Positions 28,640 through 37,273 of a stretch of DNA of 64,000 bases are shown here, piece after piece. The notes below the pieces were generated by a model that saw nothing but the letters and a program-made list of their open reading frames with translations, had not been told where the DNA came from and ran no database searches. Origin of the DNA: a bacterium. GTDB lineage: Bacteria > Bacillota > Clostridia > TANB77 > RGIG9151. The stretch lies in NCBI GenBank assembly GCA_963635575.1, contig CAVHFU010000002.1, positions 17,768-81,767 of the forward strand, in the 5' to 3' direction. The first letter of the stretch is position 1. The number at the start of each line of letters is the position of its first letter. Both the position numbers and the translations under genes were made by a program.

Positions 28640-30286
28640 ATGGGCAAGTTTTTTGGATTTAATGAAAATTATGTGGGATTATCTGATAATGAGGCGTGGC
28701 TTAGAGTTTACGACAAAGGTAAAAATTTAATGCCTATAAAAAACAAAAAAATTCAACACAAATATAATAATATGTTTAGAAAAAAGACTAAAGTTATAAG
28801 AAGTGGAATTTCAAAATCCGTAAAAACAGATTGCCTTGTTCCAGAGGATATAATTTTGGTTGAAAAAGGCGATTTTGTGCCTGTTGATGGCATTGTTTTA
28901 GAGGCAAACAATCTTTATATGGAAAATGATATTGGCTTTAGTTCTGCTAACATTGAAGTTGGAGAACAATATTATGATAAGGATAAGCCTGTTTACCAAG
29001 GGATGAAAGTAAAGTCTGGAAAGGGTTTAATTAGGGCGGAAAAGACAGGTACTGAGACTTTACTTGGAGAGCAGGTAAAAGAAATTGATTTATTTAACAA
29101 AAAGGAAAGTAAGACTGCGAAGAAGTTTCTCGTTTTTTCCGGAATATTAACAATTATACTATTTTTTATTGCTATTGGCATTCAATTCTTTAATTCTAAA
29201 GATTTCGGAATTGCTTTAAAATATGGTGTTATAATGCTTATTGCAGCTTTTCCGGTTAGTTTTTTAATTACAGTATTTATAAGAGTGTTTATGCAATTAG
29301 ATATTTTTAAGAAATTCGGGCTTGTATTAAAAAACAAAAAGTATTTATTTGATTTTAGGAAATTAGATATTATTTGCATAGATAAGAAATTTCTTATTCA
29401 AGATTTTACAAAGTACATTCAAGATATTTTTAATGCAGGAATTAGAGTTGCCGTTATTAGTGATACTTCTTTGGAGGATACATTAAAATCAGCAAATGAA
29501 GCCGGAATTGACACTAAAAATACGACATATTTTTCAGGTGATGAACTCGATAGAATGGGAAAAGACGAGTATGTAAAGGCTATATGTGAGGGAATAGTAT
29601 TTTATAATATAAGCCATAAGCAAAAAAGCAAAATTATAAAAACATTTGAGGAAGTAAAAATAAATGTGCTATGTGCTGGAGCCGGAATAGAAGATTTAGC
29701 AAGTATATGGGAAGCGTATATCGGACTTTCAAGCAATAGGACTAAAAGGAGTATAGATAGAGGATTGGCTGATTTGCTAATATCTGGGAATAATTTTTCT
29801 GCGGTATATAGGCTGGTAAAGAGCAGAATAGAATTTAGAAAGACAATTATTTCAAGTTTTAAGCTAAATGTTATTTTTCAGATTCCTTTGGCGTTTTTGA
29901 CTTTATTTGCTATTATAAGCAATATAAGTATTTTTAATTTTGCTTTTCATGTTCTAGTATTAGAGTTTATAATTATTCCGTTATTATTGATGTTTTCTGT
30001 TAGAGGCTACAACGAAAAAGAAATATTTGTTCCGTATGAAAACGAGCTAAAAATAAAGAGTATTGCTAAAATGATTGGCTCTGGCTTAATTATTTTAGCT
30101 ATTTTGACTGTGGGTTATGTTGGATTAAATGTTTTAATTGAGAATGAATTCATAAATGTAAGTATTATTGTTGTAATGTTAACACTGTTCTATTGGATAT
30201 GCAGTAAGTTAAATCAAAAGGTAGTTAAAAAAAACAAAGAAGTGAATAAAAAGGAAGTAAAAATAAAAGAACAAACCATAATTTAA
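28640..30286 (+). CDS. Degenerate P-type ATPase homologue (pseudo-pump: lacks TM1-2, N-domain and catalytic motifs)
   Basis: Cation_ATPase_N-like GLSDNEAWLRVYDKGKNLMP, actuator-like VPEDIILVEKGDFVPVDGIVLEANNLYMEND. TGES is replaced by SSAN, DKTGT by DKKFL, and GDGxND by GAGIED. Confidence 0.55.
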   Translation: MGKFFGFNENYVGLSDNEAWLRVYDKGKNLMPIKNKKIQHKYNNMFRKKTKVIRSGISKSVKTDCLVPEDIILVEKGDFVPVDGIVLEANNLYMENDIGFSSANIEVGEQYYDKDKPVYQGMKVKSGKGLIRAEKTGTETLLGEQVKEIDLFNKKESKTAKKFLVFSGILTIILFFIAIGIQFFNSKDFGIALKYGVIMLIAAFPVSFLITVFIRVFMQLDIFKKFGLVLKNKKYLFDFRKLDIICIDKKFLIQDFTKYIQDIFNAGIRVAVISDTSLEDTLKSANEAGIDTKNTTYFSGDELDRMGKDEYVKAICEGIVFYNISHKQKSKIIKTFEEVKINVLCAGAGIEDLASIWEAYIGLSSNRTKRSIDRGLADLLISGNNFSAVYRLVKSRIEFRKTIISSFKLNVIFQIPLAFLTLFAIISNISIFNFAFHVLVLEFIIIPLLLMFSVRGYNEKEIFVPYENELKIKSIAKMIGSGLIILAILTVGYVGLNVLIENEFINVSIIVVMLTLFYWICSKLNQKVVKKNKEVNKKEVKIKEQTII

Positions 30287-30310
30287 TTGTTATGGTTTGT
30301 TCTTTTAGGG

Positions 30311-30667
30311 TTAATTTTTTATTTTTGGTCTGAATATTAATCCAACTAAGAAACTAAAGAAGATAGCAGCACCTACTCCGGCTGCAGTAGCTTTTATTCC
30401 GCCTGTGAATATTCCTAAGAAACCATAGGTTGAAACTTCTTTGAATACTCCTTTTACTAAGGAATAGCCGAATCCTGTGAGTGGCACGGTTGCACCTGCT
30501 CCGCCGAATTTTACAATTGGTTCGTATATACCTATTGCTGTTAGAATTACACCTGTAACGATGAAAGTCACTAAAATTCTTGCTGGTGTTAATTTTGTTT
30601 TGTCAATTAATATTTGTCCGATGGCGCATATTATGCCGCCGGTTATGAATGCAGTTAAATATGACAT
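30311..30667 (-). CDS. spoVAE: Stage V sporulation protein AE (SpoVAC/SpoVAEB family membrane protein)
   Basis: 118-aa Gly-rich polytopic protein. Third gene of the spoVAC-AD-AE arrangement. Confidence 0.65.
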   Translation of the reverse strand: MSYLTAFITGGIICAIGQILIDKTKLTPARILVTFIVTGVILTAIGIYEPIVKFGGAGATVPLTGFGYSLVKGVFKEVSTYGFLGIFTGGIKATAAGVGAAIFFSFLVGLIFRPKIKN

Positions 30668-30679
30668 TGTTATACCTCC

Positions 30680-31684
30680 TTAATTTTCTATTGAAATTGC
30701 GTGAGCTATTCCGGAAATTGATTCTCCTTGTTGAATTGCAGTTGTACTCATAAGTGCACCGGTTGCGACAAGAAGAATTCTGTTTAATTCTTTTTTCATT
30801 AATTTTTCATAGAGGTATCCGCAAAATACTGTTCCGCAACAAGCACATCCGCTACCACCCGAATGAGTGTCCTGTTGTGATTTGTCAAAAATTAAGATTC
30901 CACAATCATTGTATCTGGTTTTTATATTTATCCCTTGCTTGTAGAGCATATCTTTTACAATTTCGCCACCGATATGTCCTAAATCTCCAGTTACTATTAA
31001 ATCATAATAATTTGGGTCTCTGCCTGTTTCCGTTAAGTGTGAATATATCGTGTCTGCTGCTGCCGGAGCCATTGCCGCTCCCATATTATTTGCATCTTTT
31101 ATGCCCATATCTACGATTTTTCCGATTGTTACATTTGTTATTTTAGGTCCAATATTATCTGTTGATATAATTGCCGCTCCCGAGCCTGTTACTGTCCATT
31201 GAGATGTTGGCGGACGTTGGTTCCCTAGTTCTAGTGGGAATCTAAATTGTCTTTCTGCCGAGCAGAAATGACTAGAGGTTACAGCTAAAATATTGTTTGC
31301 GAATCCGCCATCAACTAGCATTGAACCCACAGCCATAGATTCTACCATTGTGGAACAGGCACCATATAATCCGATAAATGGTATTTCACTATCTCTTATT
31401 GCATACGACGATGAAATACATTGATTTAATAAGTCCCCGGCAAGGACATAATTAATGTCATCCGGAGTTTTTTGAGCTTTTTGTAAAACTTTGTTTATAG
31501 TTTCTTTTGCCAGTTTTGATTCTGTTTTCTCAAAGCTTTTTTCACCCCAGTACTCATCTTCTAAAATATAATCAAAGTATTTCTTAAGAGGACCTTCGCC
31601 TTCTTTTTTACCTACAATGGAGGCTGTTTGTATAATGTGTGGTGTACTGTTTAGCGAAACAGTACTTTTTCCCAGTCTTTTCAT
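30680..31684 (-). CDS. spoVAD: Stage V sporulation protein AD (thiolase-fold)
   Basis: 334 aa; ketoacyl-synthase-like fold (GLYGACSTM, CSAERQFRFP). Flanked by spoVAC and spoVAE. Confidence 0.8.
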   Translation of the reverse strand: MKRLGKSTVSLNSTPHIIQTASIVGKKEGEGPLKKYFDYILEDEYWGEKSFEKTESKLAKETINKVLQKAQKTPDDINYVLAGDLLNQCISSSYAIRDSEIPFIGLYGACSTMVESMAVGSMLVDGGFANNILAVTSSHFCSAERQFRFPLELGNQRPPTSQWTVTGSGAAIISTDNIGPKITNVTIGKIVDMGIKDANNMGAAMAPAAADTIYSHLTETGRDPNYYDLIVTGDLGHIGGEIVKDMLYKQGINIKTRYNDCGILIFDKSQQDTHSGGSGCACCGTVFCGYLYEKLMKKELNRILLVATGALMSTTAIQQGESISGIAHAISIEN

Positions 31685-31701
31685 AAAGTGCTCCTTTCTG
31701 G

Positions 31702-32148
31702 TTATAGGTTAAATATAAAATAGAGAAAACCAACTACGATAGATGAAGAGATACCGTAAACAAGCACGGGACCTGCAACTGTGAACATTTTTGCACCGAG
31801 TCCCATTACAAGACCTTCAGATTTATATTCCATTGCCGGAGAGGCAATAGAATTTGCAAATCCGGTAATTGGAACTACCGAACCGGCTCCGGCACGTTTC
31901 CCAATTGCGTCATATAAGTCAAACGCGGTTAAAATTATAGCAATTAGTATAAGAAGTATAGAAGTAATTGCTGAGACTGTGTCTTTAGGTAATCCACGAG
32001 CTGTAAAAAAGTTAGTTATAAATTGACCTATTATACATATGATTCCTCCAACTACGAATGCCCAAACCATATTTTTTGCAAGTGGACTGTTTGGAGATTT
32101 TTTATCTACATACTTTGAATATTCGACTTGCGTAAATTGCTTATTCAT
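31702..32148 (-). CDS. spoVAC: Stage V sporulation protein AC
   Basis: 148 aa from MNKQF; the track ORF is longer. SpoVAC/AEB family. Confidence 0.65.
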   Translation of the reverse strand: MNKQFTQVEYSKYVDKKSPNSPLAKNMVWAFVVGGIICIIGQFITNFFTARGLPKDTVSAITSILLILIAIILTAFDLYDAIGKRAGAGSVVPITGFANSIASPAMEYKSEGLVMGLGAKMFTVAGPVLVYGISSSIVVGFLYFIFNL

Positions 32149-32167
32149 TTTTATAATCCTCACTTTC

Positions 32168-33550
32168 CTAAATTGTTAGTATTCCGTTTGGAGTGTTTAT
32201 TATTATTAAAATATCCTCTTCATTTCCTGTTTCTGCGTTTATATAAACAATAAAGTCTCTATCATTTACTTTACCTGTGAATTCATATACTAAAACTTCT
32301 GTTTTTACTTCTGTTGGAATTATTGCTAGTCCTGAACTTTTGGCATTTAGATCTTTATTTATTAGTTCTTTTGCTTGGGCTTCTGTAATTTTTGGAGTGG
32401 TTATGTCACGTTTATGATGTGAAAATAAATATCCTGCTGATTCAAAGCCTAATGTTTCTCCGCTATCTAGAGCGACAGATACTTTTACTAAGTCGGCATA
32501 TACGGTAACATTATCTTGTCTATACGCAAAGTTTATTGTTGCAATGTTATTTTGTTCTATATAATAAGTTGCTTCCATACTGTCAAGTCCGCGAGAAGAG
32601 AGAAAATCTTTAGCTTTTTGTTTTGCATCATCTATAGATAAGGTCTTATCTTTTACATCACGATTGTAGAGCATCCATATTACATGTCCGCCAACTTTTG
32701 AAATATCCATATTTGCTTCATTATCGTCAGTTAGTTTTGCAGTAATGCTATAACAAGGAATTTTTGAATTGTTTGAGTCGCTAATTGAAATTATTTCTTT
32801 TACTTTATTTTTTCCTAGGAAAGTTGTTGCTATATTTTTTGCTTCTTCGGCAGAAATAGGATTTCCGGTTATTCCTCTTGGCTCCATATTGGTTATATGA
32901 TCGGAAAAAGGTCCGTCATAAATAAGCCCGGGATAATCTTGAAATGTGTCAGAGACTTGTTCAAATATATTTGAATTATCTGTTTGATTGACTTGTTTAA
33001 ATGTTGATGAGCCTTTTTTCTTTATTTCGTTCCAATACATTCTACCTCCTCCGATTTGACCGGATAACTCAGACATACTGTTTTGAAGTTTTGTAGCATA
33101 GTTGGATAGGGATTTTATTTGAGATAGTTGCTCATCAGATAATGCTTTTTGCTCAATTGTTTGCATTGTAAGTGCATGGGAAAAATCACTTGTTTGGGAT
33201 AAAAATTTTGATGTTTGGGCGATTAGATTTTGCTCAATTGGAAGTTGTACTAAATTTGTTTTTGCTAAATTTGATTGACGCCATATTTCACTCATTGTTT
33301 TTGCCCCATGTACAGGGTCTTTACTTACTAATGCTTTGGCGAGTAATGTGTCTATATTTTCAACATAAGCGGCCAGTTCATAAAATGCATGGTTATAACC
33401 GTTTTCTAAAGCTTGTTTGTTATCGTTTCTTATTTTAAAAATGTAGCCGAGTAGAATAAGTATTATAAGAAAACTGGTTATTACAATAGTAAACATATGT
33501 CTGTCTCTTAATCTGTTTCTCCAGTCTTTTAATTTTTCAGTAAAATTCAT
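32168..33550 (-). CDS. ypeB: Germination protein YpeB (PepSY-domain)
   Basis: N-terminal TM, then ENGYNHAFYELAAYVENIDTLL...EIWRQSNLAKTNLVQLP..FLSQTSDFSH, collinear with Bacillus YpeB. PepSY-like C-terminal repeats. Confidence 0.65.
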   Translation of the reverse strand: MNFTEKLKDWRNRLRDRHMFTIVITSFLIILILLGYIFKIRNDNKQALENGYNHAFYELAAYVENIDTLLAKALVSKDPVHGAKTMSEIWRQSNLAKTNLVQLPIEQNLIAQTSKFLSQTSDFSHALTMQTIEQKALSDEQLSQIKSLSNYATKLQNSMSELSGQIGGGRMYWNEIKKKGSSTFKQVNQTDNSNIFEQVSDTFQDYPGLIYDGPFSDHITNMEPRGITGNPISAEEAKNIATTFLGKNKVKEIISISDSNNSKIPCYSITAKLTDDNEANMDISKVGGHVIWMLYNRDVKDKTLSIDDAKQKAKDFLSSRGLDSMEATYYIEQNNIATINFAYRQDNVTVYADLVKVSVALDSGETLGFESAGYLFSHHKRDITTPKITEAQAKELINKDLNAKSSGLAIIPTEVKTEVLVYEFTGKVNDRDFIVYINAETGNEEDILIIINTPNGILTI

Positions 33551-33731
33551 AAGCTTAATCCTCCATAAAGTTTCTTGTCCTAACTATTTTTAACAAAAAA
33601 ATATAAAATATACATTAGTGTATTGCTATTTAGAGAAGGATTATGGTAAAATAAAAAAGGGTCCCAAAGTAAGAAAAACTTTGGAATTTTTTTAGGCAAA
33701 AATAAGTGTTAAGAAGGGGAGGAATAAAAGT

Positions 33732-34358
33732 ATGGAACCAATAGTTTTAACTCATCCGTTGGTAAAACACAAACTTGCAATATTAAGGGATAAGAATTCA
33801 GGTACTAAAGAATTTAGAGAGATTGCATCGGAACTTGCTACAATGCTTTGCTACGAGGCCACAAAAGATGCTCCGCTATATGAAACGGAGATAGAAACAC
33901 CGATTGCAAAAATGAAAGCGCAGAAGTTAGATGAAGATAATTATGCATTTTTACCTATTTTAAGGGCAGGAATGAGTATGGTAGATGGAATATTAAATAT
34001 TATTCCAAATGCAAAAGTAGGTCATATAGGATTATTTAGAAATGAAGAAACATTAGAACCTACACAATATTACTTTAAAGTTCCTCATGGAATTGAAAAC
34101 AGAACAGTAATAATACTAGATCCAATGATAGCAACAGGCGGAAGTGCCTGTGATGCGATTCAAAGTCTAAAAAATATAGGAGTAAAGAAAATAAAATTTT
34201 TAGCAATAATCGCTGTACCGGAGGGATTAAAGAAAATCCAAGAAGCACATCCAGACGTGCAGATCTATTGCACAAGCATAGATAGTCACTTGAACGAAAA
34301 TGGTTATATTGTACCGGGATTAGGGGATGCCGGTGACCGTATTTACGGAACTAAGTAA
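33732..34358 (+). CDS. upp: Uracil phosphoribosyltransferase
   Basis: LTHPLVKHKLAILRD...ILRAG...IILDPMIATGGS; 208 aa. Confidence 0.9.
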   Translation: MEPIVLTHPLVKHKLAILRDKNSGTKEFREIASELATMLCYEATKDAPLYETEIETPIAKMKAQKLDEDNYAFLPILRAGMSMVDGILNIIPNAKVGHIGLFRNEETLEPTQYYFKVPHGIENRTVIILDPMIATGGSACDAIQSLKNIGVKKIKFLAIIAVPEGLKKIQEAHPDVQIYCTSIDSHLNENGYIVPGLGDAGDRIYGTK

Positions 34359-34514
34359 TATTTCGGCTAAAATCACTTTTTCGTTCCCTCGTGTATCGTA
34401 AATACACGTCGGTTACTGCAAAAGCAATTTTAGCACGAAATCTTACTTAGTTAGCACATAAAGATTTTTCGGCTAAAATCACGCCCCAATTTATTTTAAA
34501 AAGGAGACAGGATT

Positions 34515-35252
34515 ATGAAGTATAAAAGAGTTTTGCTTAAGTTAAGCGGTGGCGCCTTATCTAAGGATGAAAGACATGGCTATACAAGAGAGGCCCTAGA
34601 GCATATTACTGATGAAATTATTGCTGCAGCTAATGCAGGGATTGAAGTTGCGATTGTTACTGGCGGAGGAAATATTTTTAGAGGTAGAGTTGCTGATGAA
34701 TGGAATTTTGAAAGAGCTGAGGCTGATAATATAGGAATGCTTGCTACAATTATGAACAGCTTAATGTTAAGAGGAGCTTTAACTGCAAAAGGAATGGAAA
34801 ATGTAAGAGTTATGACTTCAATTCCTATGAATACAGTTGCAGAGCCATACATAAGACTAAAGGCATTAAAGTATTTAGATAGAGGAAGAGTTGTAATTTT
34901 TGGTGGTGGAACAGGAAATCCTTTTGTTACTACTGATTATACTTCTATTCAAAAGGCTTTGGAGATTAGAGCAGATGTTGTTTTAATGGCTAAAGAAGGA
35001 GTAAATGGTATATATACAGCTAACCCTAAGGATGATCCAAATGCTAAGAGGTATAAAACAGCTACTTATGAAGAAGTTATTGCAAAGAAACTTCAGGTGG
35101 CTGATCAGTCAGCATTTATACTAGCTAGTGAGTATAAGATGCCTATGTATGTGTTTGATTTTGATGAAAAAGATTCTGTTGTTAGATTGTGCAACGGAGA
35201 GAATATTGGTACATATGTTGGTGAAGATTGCGTAACGGAAATGTACGAATAG
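34515..35252 (+). CDS. pyrH: UMP kinase
   Basis: KRVLLKLSGGAL...VAIVTGGGNIFRG; 245 aa. Confidence 0.9.
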   Translation: MKYKRVLLKLSGGALSKDERHGYTREALEHITDEIIAAANAGIEVAIVTGGGNIFRGRVADEWNFERAEADNIGMLATIMNSLMLRGALTAKGMENVRVMTSIPMNTVAEPYIRLKALKYLDRGRVVIFGGGTGNPFVTTDYTSIQKALEIRADVVLMAKEGVNGIYTANPKDDPNAKRYKTATYEEVIAKKLQVADQSAFILASEYKMPMYVFDFDEKDSVVRLCNGENIGTYVGEDCVTEMYE

Positions 35253-35340
35253 ATATTTACAATGAATTTTAGGAGAAGTTAAATGAAAAAGCTTGGCTAA
35301 AGCAAAAAAATAAGAAGAACTTTGAAGTTCTTCTTATTTT

Positions 35341-35427
35341 TGGTGCGCGAAACCGGAATCGAACCGGTACGGTATCGCTACCGCAGGATTTTAAGTCCTG
35401 TGCGTCTGCCTGTTCCGCCACTCGCGC
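35341..35427 (-). tRNA. tRNA-Leu (anticodon TAA), long variable arm, CCA encoded
   Basis: Reverse complement reads GCGCGAGTGGCGGAA...CTTAAAATC...extra arm...GGTTCGATTCCGGTTTCGCGCACCA. Confidence 0.85.
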
Positions 35428-35623
35428 ATGAACATATAATATCACATAGTCGTTTTGTTGTCAATTGGGAAAATAAAAAAAACAAAAAAATTATTGACAT
35501 TGGGAAAATAAAAAAACAAAAAAATGTGCCCAAATATAAATAGTTAACATTAATGTTGCTAGAATACAGTAATACAGTGAAAAAATGAAAATATAAAAAA
35601 ATAAAAAAAAAATTAAAAAAGTG

Positions 35624-35650
35624 TTAAGAAAAAAAAAATAAATACGATAA
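35624..35650 (+). promoter_or_regulatory. Possible sigmaD-type promoter for flagellin
   Basis: TTAA - 15 nt - TACGATAA (CGATA core of GCCGATAT), ~95 nt upstream of fliC in an A-tract-rich region. Confidence 0.3.
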
Positions 35651-35745
35651 AGGAATTGTAAAGGATATAAAGATGTTAAAAATGGATGTTCAAAAAATGG
35701 ATGTCAAGGAAGAAAAAGACGGTAAAAATTAAGGAGGAATTAATC

Positions 35746-37182
35746 ATGAGGATTAATCACAACATTTCGGCAATTAATGCCCACAGACAATTATCATCAA
35801 ATCAAAGTGCTACATCAAAGTCATTACAAAAATTATCATCAGGCTTAAGAATTAACAGTGCAGCTGATGATGCGGCAGGACTCGCTATAAGTGAGAAAAT
35901 GAGAACACAAATCAGAGGTTTGGAGAAAGCTCAAAGTAATGCACAAGACAGTATATCTTTGATTCAGACTGCAGAAGGAGCTTTACAAGAAGTAAGCAAT
36001 ATTTTGCAGAGAATGAGGGAATTAAGCGTTCAATCTATGAACGGTATTCTTTCCGAAACTGAAAAGGATGCAATATCTGCTGAAATGACGCAACTTAGAC
36101 AAGAAGTCGATCGTATTGCAGAAACAAGTAAGTTTAATAATACATATCTTCTCAAAGGCACACTTGGTATGACTACAAATACTGCAACATCAAGTGTTTA
36201 CACGACTAATTCCGTTACTGGCAAGGCTGAATTGATGAATGGAATAGTTGGCTTAGATGTAGCGGCTGCTGAGAAGAATACAGCATATACAATTTCAGTA
36301 GGTGATACAACAGTATACAATGCTTCTACTAAAGATGATGCGGAAGCTAAATATGTTATACCTACTTCAGCAGATGGAAATACTCAGACAGTTACAGGAG
36401 CTGATGGTTTCACAGAAGACAACGTTGGCAAATGGATAGGAACAGATGGTAATGAGTATACAGGTACAGACCCCGTCACAGATGGTGCTAAGTATGTTAT
36501 ACCTGCAGATGCTGATGGTAAGACAATTAAAGACGATACTGAAGGAGTAAGCGGAAAGTCTGGCTGGGTAAAAGCTGAGACATCTCAAGCTCTTCAAATC
36601 ACATATACAGATATATCTGGTAAAGAGGTAACAGCAACAAGTACGGTTGATGTAACTTCTACGTTCTCAGGTTTTATTGGATTCACAGATGAAAATGATA
36701 ACGATTCGGGTATAAAAATTCAAGTAGAAGAGATGGATTTAGCTGAATTAGACGGTAAGGTTATTAATACGTCGGATGGAGGAAAGACGAACCTTCATAT
36801 TGGTGCTAACTCGGTTGATGCTCCGTTGAAGATTGAAATACCTGATTTAAGGGCGAGAGCGTTGGGGATTGAAGATTTAAATGTAAATACAACAAATGAT
36901 GCAAAACAAACTTTGGATAAAATAGATAATGCACTTACAACATTAAGCTCCGCAAGAGGTAATTTGGGTGCATACCAAAACAGACTTGAATACACATTAA
37001 ATAGCTTGGCAGCTTCTGCTGAAAACTTAACAGCAGCTGAATCAAGAATCAGAGATGTTGATATGGCTAAGGAAATGATGAGCTATACACAGGCTAATAT
37101 TCTTAACCAATCTGCTACTGCAATGCTTGCACAAGCAAATCAACAACCTCAAACAGTATTACAATTGTTACAAGGATTATAA
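35746..37182 (+). CDS. fliC: Flagellin
   Basis: MRINHNISAINAHRQL...LSSGLRINSAADDAAGLAISEKM N-terminal and ...LGAYQNRLEYTLNSL...MLAQANQQPQTVLQLLQ C-terminal flagellin domains, with a hypervariable central region. Confidence 0.85.
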   Translation: MRINHNISAINAHRQLSSNQSATSKSLQKLSSGLRINSAADDAAGLAISEKMRTQIRGLEKAQSNAQDSISLIQTAEGALQEVSNILQRMRELSVQSMNGILSETEKDAISAEMTQLRQEVDRIAETSKFNNTYLLKGTLGMTTNTATSSVYTTNSVTGKAELMNGIVGLDVAAAEKNTAYTISVGDTTVYNASTKDDAEAKYVIPTSADGNTQTVTGADGFTEDNVGKWIGTDGNEYTGTDPVTDGAKYVIPADADGKTIKDDTEGVSGKSGWVKAETSQALQITYTDISGKEVTATSTVDVTSTFSGFIGFTDENDNDSGIKIQVEEMDLAELDGKVINTSDGGKTNLHIGANSVDAPLKIEIPDLRARALGIEDLNVNTTNDAKQTLDKIDNALTTLSSARGNLGAYQNRLEYTLNSLAASAENLTAAESRIRDVDMAKEMMSYTQANILNQSATAMLAQANQQPQTVLQLLQGL

Positions 37183-37273
37183 GTTTAGAAATTGAAAGCT
37201 CGGTTAAAAAGCCGGGCTTTTTTCTTGATTAAAAAAAATAAAAGTGATAGACTAAGACTCGAGGAGATAACAA

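Noticed and set aside
35322-35543. 73-aa ORF in the track
   Set aside because: Runs antisense across tRNA-Leu(TAA) at 35341-35427. Spurious.
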